DNA of 64,000 nt from contig CAVNZM010000001.1 in NCBI GenBank assembly GCA_963693365.1, forward strand, positions 2,186,907-2,250,906, written 5' to 3'. The notes under the pieces are model-generated. The model was not told the origin of the DNA and searched no databases. It saw nothing but the letters and a program-made list of their open reading frames with translations. Origin of the DNA: Amoebidium appalachense. Taxonomy: Eukaryota; Protista; Ichthyosporea. The position numbers and the translations under genes were made by a program. Shown here piece after piece: positions 63,127 to 64,000 of the stretch; position 1 is the first letter of the stretch, and the number at the start of each line of letters is the position of its first letter.

Positions 63127-63809
63127 TGAATGCGGAACACGGTACGAAGTACGCATACACGACGAGAAGCATGGTGCAGGACACATTCAAAGGCAAACAT
63201 TCAAGTATGCAACATCAGCCATGTGCACAGTATGCGTCATAAGCAGAGCCCATCCTCAGGGAGAACCCAAGTCATCAATTGCGTCTGAGTTTTGACCCCT
63301 TAGCCCGCGCATATACGACGCTCCAACTCAGACAGCAGCATCAACTGAACTTGGGCGGGTCAACCCGTCTTGATCAAAGACGGGCAGGGTTGCTTATGCA
63401 AGCAAGGTTGGCAAAACGGTGAAGATGTGTGTGCAAACTAAAGCAGTGCAGCGAAAAATGCGTATGTGCTTACAGATGCACGACACAGATCAACCATGCC
63501 CGGTTGCATGGAAGTAAAGCGGTCTCCACACAGTGGTCTGTCCTGAAAGGACACCTCTGAAAGAAGACTGGGGGGGTTTGAATGCGGAACACAGTACGAA
63601 GTACGCATACACGACGAGAAGCATGGTGCAGGACACATGCAAAGGCAAACATTCAAGTATGCAACATCAGCCATGTGCACAGTATGCGTCATAAGCAGAG
63701 CCCATCCTCAGGGAGGACCCAAGTCATCAATTGCGTCTGAGTTTCGACCCCTTAGCCCGCGTATATACGACGCTCCAACTCAGACAGCAGCATCGGGCAT
63801 CGTCGGGGG

Positions 63810-63847
<38 letters not shown>

Positions 63848-63973
63848 GGCTACCGTCCTGAGCAGCCTGAGGTTCTCCGTGACAATGTTTTTGTCCTTCT
63901 CCTTCTTGCGCTCGCGGCACTTCTTGGAGGCCAGACGGTTGTGCATCTTGCGCTGCTCCGCACGATCCACAAA
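61868..63973 (-). CDS. bZIP transcription factor, 3' part (exons 63973-63854, 62710-61868); 5' exons lie outside the window
   Basis: RKMHNRLASKKCRERKK basic region, then ...NLRLLRT|IKMLQAENQLLKNLL zipper across a GT-AG intron; Pro/His-rich C-terminus. Confidence 0.85.
63125..63345 (-). mobile_element. SINE-like repeat copy C (bZIP intron), with a ~50-nt C tail (63074-63124)
   Basis: Near-identical to 63577-63794. Confidence 0.75.
63577..63794 (-). mobile_element. SINE-like repeat copy D (bZIP intron), with a C7 tail
   Basis: Near-identical to copy C. Confidence 0.75.
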
Positions 63974-64000
63974 CTGCAAAGCAACATATCAATAACTTGA

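Noticed and set aside
63660-63735. C/D box snoRNA (UGAUGA...CUGA...CUGA) inside the SINE-like repeat
   Set aside because: The boxes are mutated or missing in copies A and B, and I recognised no rRNA complement; an Rfam/snoscan search would settle it.
63700-63760. Hammerhead ribozyme in the SINE-like repeat (GAAAC...GUC...CUGAGGA on the minus strand)
   Set aside because: Only 4 non-palindromic nt lie between GUC and CUGAGGA, so stem I cannot form, and GUC is not conserved in the other copies.

Overview
Eukaryotic, intron-rich, SSR-saturated DNA (poly-C/poly-G, (CA)n, (CT)n). The animal-like SDR39U1 together with a PHO84-type transporter and a 7TM-RGS suggests a unicellular opisthokont/holozoan (inference). 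Host genes: a Cys-rich secreted-type protein (~1.9-2.7 kb), a PHO84/PHT1-like phosphate transporter (38.4-40.7 kb, 4 exons), SDR39U1 (46.0-54.3 kb, 11 exons), a 7TM-RGS fusion (55.5-58.8 kb, minus) and the 3' part of a bZIP gene (61.9-64 kb, minus). Mobile DNA: a complete P-superfamily transposon (5154-16916; 36-bp TIRs, 8-bp TSD, intron-containing THAP transposase pseudogene) interrupted by a recent Ty1/Copia element, a 39-bp P excision-type footprint at 508-546, two non-LTR retrotransposon families, a SINE-like repeat and a MITE family. Main leads: (1) two LINE families and the SINE-like repeat end in AAAC(n) rather than poly(A); (2) sense-strand poly-C tracts sit just after most 5' splice sites; (3) the P footprint matches Drosophila-type 17-nt staggered cleavage. 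All calls are by eye; homopolymer lengths and some frameshifts may be assembly errors.
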